DNA from: Podarcis muralis
Taxonomy: Eukaryota
Direction: 5' to 3'
Length of the DNA: 64,000 bases
Assembly: GCF_964188315.1 (NCBI RefSeq)
Contig: NC_135667.1
Location: forward strand, 25,792,001-25,856,000
Shown: positions 61,264 through 64,000 of the stretch, piece by piece
Numbering within the stretch: the stretch's first letter is position 1
Layout: each line of letters begins with the position of its first letter
The notes under the pieces: model-generated
What the model was told of the DNA's origin: nothing
The model's input: only the letters and a program-made list of their open reading frames with translations
Database searches by the model: none
Translations under genes and position numbers: made by a program

Positions 61264-62208
61264 TTATTCTAAAACCTTGCATTTTTTAATAGCCCTCTTT
61301 AAGGCTTCTTTCACTTCTTTGTTCCTCAGGCTGTAGATAAGGGGATTGATTAGAGGGGTTAAGACTGAGTAGAAGACTGAAAAGATTTTGTCCACTTCCC
61401 ACAATGCGTCCTTTTTTGGAAGCACATATACAAATATTAATGATCCATAAAATATAGAAACCACAATAAGGTGGGAAGAACAGGTTGAAAAGGCCTTTTT
61501 CCTCCCTGTTGAAGATGGGATCCGTAAGATGGTAGAAATTATATACACATAAGACGACAGTGTCAGGAAAAAAGAAACAGCATTTATGATTGACAGTATA
61601 TGAACCACCAGCGTCACCAAAGTGGTGTCACTGCAAGAAAGAATTATCACCGGTGTTAATTCGCATAGGAAATGATCAATTTCACTGGGACCACAGTAAT
61701 ATAGTTGTGACATTAAACTTACTACTATTGTCATAACTGTAATCCCACATAGCCAGGACCCAGCCGACAAGAGAAAGCAGAGTTCCCCATTCATAAGAGT
61801 GGCATAGTGGAGAGGCTTACATATGGCTAAATAGCGGTCATAGGACATGTCAGCCAACAGGTAGCATTCAGCAATTGCTAAGCTTCCAAACCAAAAAAAC
61901 TGTGTGAAGCAGCCACCAATAGATATAGTTCTATCCCCTGTCAGGAAGCTGGTTAACATTCTGGGGAGGACAGTTGAAGAGTAACAGGTCTCCAAGCAGG
62001 ACAAGTTTCCAAGGAAGTAGTACATAGGAGTATGAAGGTGATGATCAGAGATTACCAGAGTGATGATTATGATGTTTCCAACCACAGTCATAGTGTAGAT
62101 GATTACGAACACCATGAAGAATGGAATTTGTAATTTGGGGTCATTTCCAAATCCCAGAAGGGTAAATGTGGTTATTGATGTCCCATTGCCTTTGTAAAAA
62201 TTCTCCAT
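61264..62208 (-). CDS. Olfactory receptor (class II), open ORF, 314 aa, with atypical motif substitutions
   Basis: The ATG at 62208 follows a ttttatttcag acceptor; the ORF-track start is a GTG. Paralogue of 50930-51877; carries LADMSYDRY and DHFLC variants. Confidence 0.9.
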   Translation of the reverse strand: MENFYKGNGTSITTFTLLGFGNDPKLQIPFFMVFVIIYTMTVVGNIIIITLVISDHHLHTPMYYFLGNLSCLETCYSSTVLPRMLTSFLTGDRTISIGGCFTQFFWFGSLAIAECYLLADMSYDRYLAICKPLHYATLMNGELCFLLSAGSWLCGITVMTIVVSLMSQLYYCGPSEIDHFLCELTPVIILSCSDTTLVTLVVHILSIINAVSFFLTLSSYVYIISTILRIPSSTGRKKAFSTCSSHLIVVSIFYGSLIFVYVLPKKDALWEVDKIFSVFYSVLTPLINPLIYSLRNKEVKEALKRAIKKCKVLE

Positions 62209-63301
62209 AGCAATGGCCACTGAAATAAAATTTCCAAAATTATAGTGTCTTTAGGTCATTAGGTGTAATGTTTGAACTTTCATGAATTGCTGTTATTTTA
62301 AAAAATCACTTCAAATAGAAATTGGAAGCATAATCTTAATGGAGTGATACATCTTTATGAAGCATGAAGCATGGGTATAGGTTGGACTGGAGAATCAGCT
62401 GAAGATTGCAACTCACTTGTGAAACTTGTTTCACTTTGAGCAACTCATTTTCAGTATTCCCTAGATCAGAGAATATTTATTTATATTAGGCTATATATAC
62501 TAAATAAATAACAAACTTTACAGTTAGAAGATAAACAATAAAATAATAATATTGTGCAACAAGTTGTGGATTGTGGGTCTGATTCTCTGGCTACAATCCA
62601 GTAGGACTATGAAACATAGGCGCTCTAATGATTCTTATGTTTCATTCAGTACAATGTAAGGACAGTTCCCATTGAGCTACTCACTATAGTCACAGGACTG
62701 GATACAGAGTATCTTAGCTGCATTAAACTCCCTTTGAAATATGAAAGATTTCAGTCAGGACTAGCATGTCCCATTTATTTTACTGGGACCAAAGTTCATC
62801 TAACATAGCTTGAATCTATCTCAAAAATTATTACCTACTGAAGCTTCATTCACATATACTTTCCACAATATGGAAGAAGTTCAATGTCATATGCTCCTGC
62901 ATTGCAAAGCAGGAGTGAGGTGAAGCTAATGGTTTCTGATTCCCAATTGTTTAGTAATGACATCAACATTAAACTCACCATCTCAGAGGTAGAAAATTTA
63001 ATATAACCTTGACCATTGCATTAATGGACTGTAAACTCCTTTTATTTCTGGTACTGAAAACAGCTTAGATTTGTTCCTCCATTCTGTCTGTATGGCATTT
63101 ACAGCTAGCTGTGTTTGGTAAATTCTGGGGTTCTATTAAGAATAGACGTAGATCTTGAAAGCCTGAAGTCTGCCCACTCTTTGTGTAAAGGTAACAGTCA
63201 TAACCACAGAGGAAGGGCTGTTTACAAGGGTATTTTCTCCTGAATGACACCCTCCCTCTCAATAACAGTGATAAGGTCTGAGAAAAATAATAACAATTTA
63301 C

Positions 63302-63520
63302 CTTTCCTCTTTACCACCAGGCAGAATAGCTTAGTGATTTATTTCCTCAGCAGTGATGGCCACATTAAGCTTGTGTTGCCACTTCCACACAACTGCAACT
63401 CATGCTAACATGTTTTACATGAAGAGGGTTTAAAAGGTGGTGAATGGCCACAAGGGATTAGTATGAAGAAAAACCTCTTGAGTTTTCTAAGGACTATGCT
63501 TAAATTGTTCTTCTGTGGGG
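63302..63520 (-). promoter_or_regulatory. Candidate promoter and non-coding exon 1 of OR 61264-62208
   Basis: Paralogous to 54450-54700; CCACAAGGGA (63448-63457), donor AAG|GTAAAT at 63301. Confidence 0.45.
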
Positions 63521-63867
63521 AAAGTGCTACTCTAATTATGCCTGTGCTGATGGGTGCTGTGAAAGCATGGCAACGAGATAGGAATCTTCAGAACTTTATG
63601 TACTTAGATGGCTAAACTTAGTTTGAGCCATCATAATTTGATGGATACATGGTACCAAGTGGTGGGATGGAACATTGATTGGATGGCATTGTGGCCAGGT
63701 TGGATTCAGGGGTTTGTAAGAGGTCTATCAGAGTCAGGCAAGGGCATACTACAGTTAAGATAGGCTGTTTAGGTAGGGACAGGAGCAAACTGGTAGTAAA
63801 TCAGATTGTGCAAGTTGGAGTTAGCACAACCTGTATATGATGATGATGATGATGACGATGATATAAT

Positions 63868-64000
63868 TATTTATTTCTTATACCCCACCCCTCTGACTGG
63901 GTTATCCCAGCCACCCTGGGCAGCTTTCAGCAAAAATACAGGGGGGAGGGCGGAATCAAACAGTAAAAGCTTTCCGAAACAGAGCTGTCTTCAGATGTCT
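63868..64000 (-). mobile_element. L2-type LINE 3' end
   Basis: ttatttatttcttataccccaccc...cccagccaccctgggcagctt...gctgtcttcagatgtct, antisense L2 terminus. Confidence 0.6.

Noticed and set aside
18572-62220. ORF-track N-terminal extensions of ORs (starts 18572, 21832, 41671, 46997, 62220)
   Set aside because: Most begin at TTG/GTG and all run through polypyrimidine/AG acceptors; the downstream ATGs match the paralogue starts.

Overview
Vertebrate genomic DNA, most likely a squamate lizard (repeat content such as BovB/RTE, CR1, L2, tRNA-SINEs and Tigger-like MITEs resembles lacertids; this is inference). The window is a chemosensory receptor cluster. It holds 10 complete class II (gamma) olfactory receptor (OR) ORFs, one further OR cut by the left edge, and three OR pseudogene remnants. 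These form a minus-strand block (1-13135), a plus-strand block (18611-48013) and a second minus block (50930-62208). One complete, apparently intact six-exon vomeronasal type-2 receptor (V2R, class C GPCR; 866 aa, 30264-37718) sits co-oriented inside the plus block. Two tandem segmental duplications account for the paralogue pairs. Intergenic DNA is rich in transposon relics, several with readable target-site duplications (TSDs), plus microsatellites and three assembly gaps. The most notable observations are the V2R inside an OR array, an OR whose start codon appears to lie in an upstream micro-exon, an L1 inserted into another L1 at the homologous position, apparent gene-conversion tracts, and paralogue-conserved candidate promoter/exon-1 blocks. 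No rRNA, tRNA gene or CRISPR array is supported. I found no evidence for a wholly new class of system; the findings are unusual arrangements of known families.
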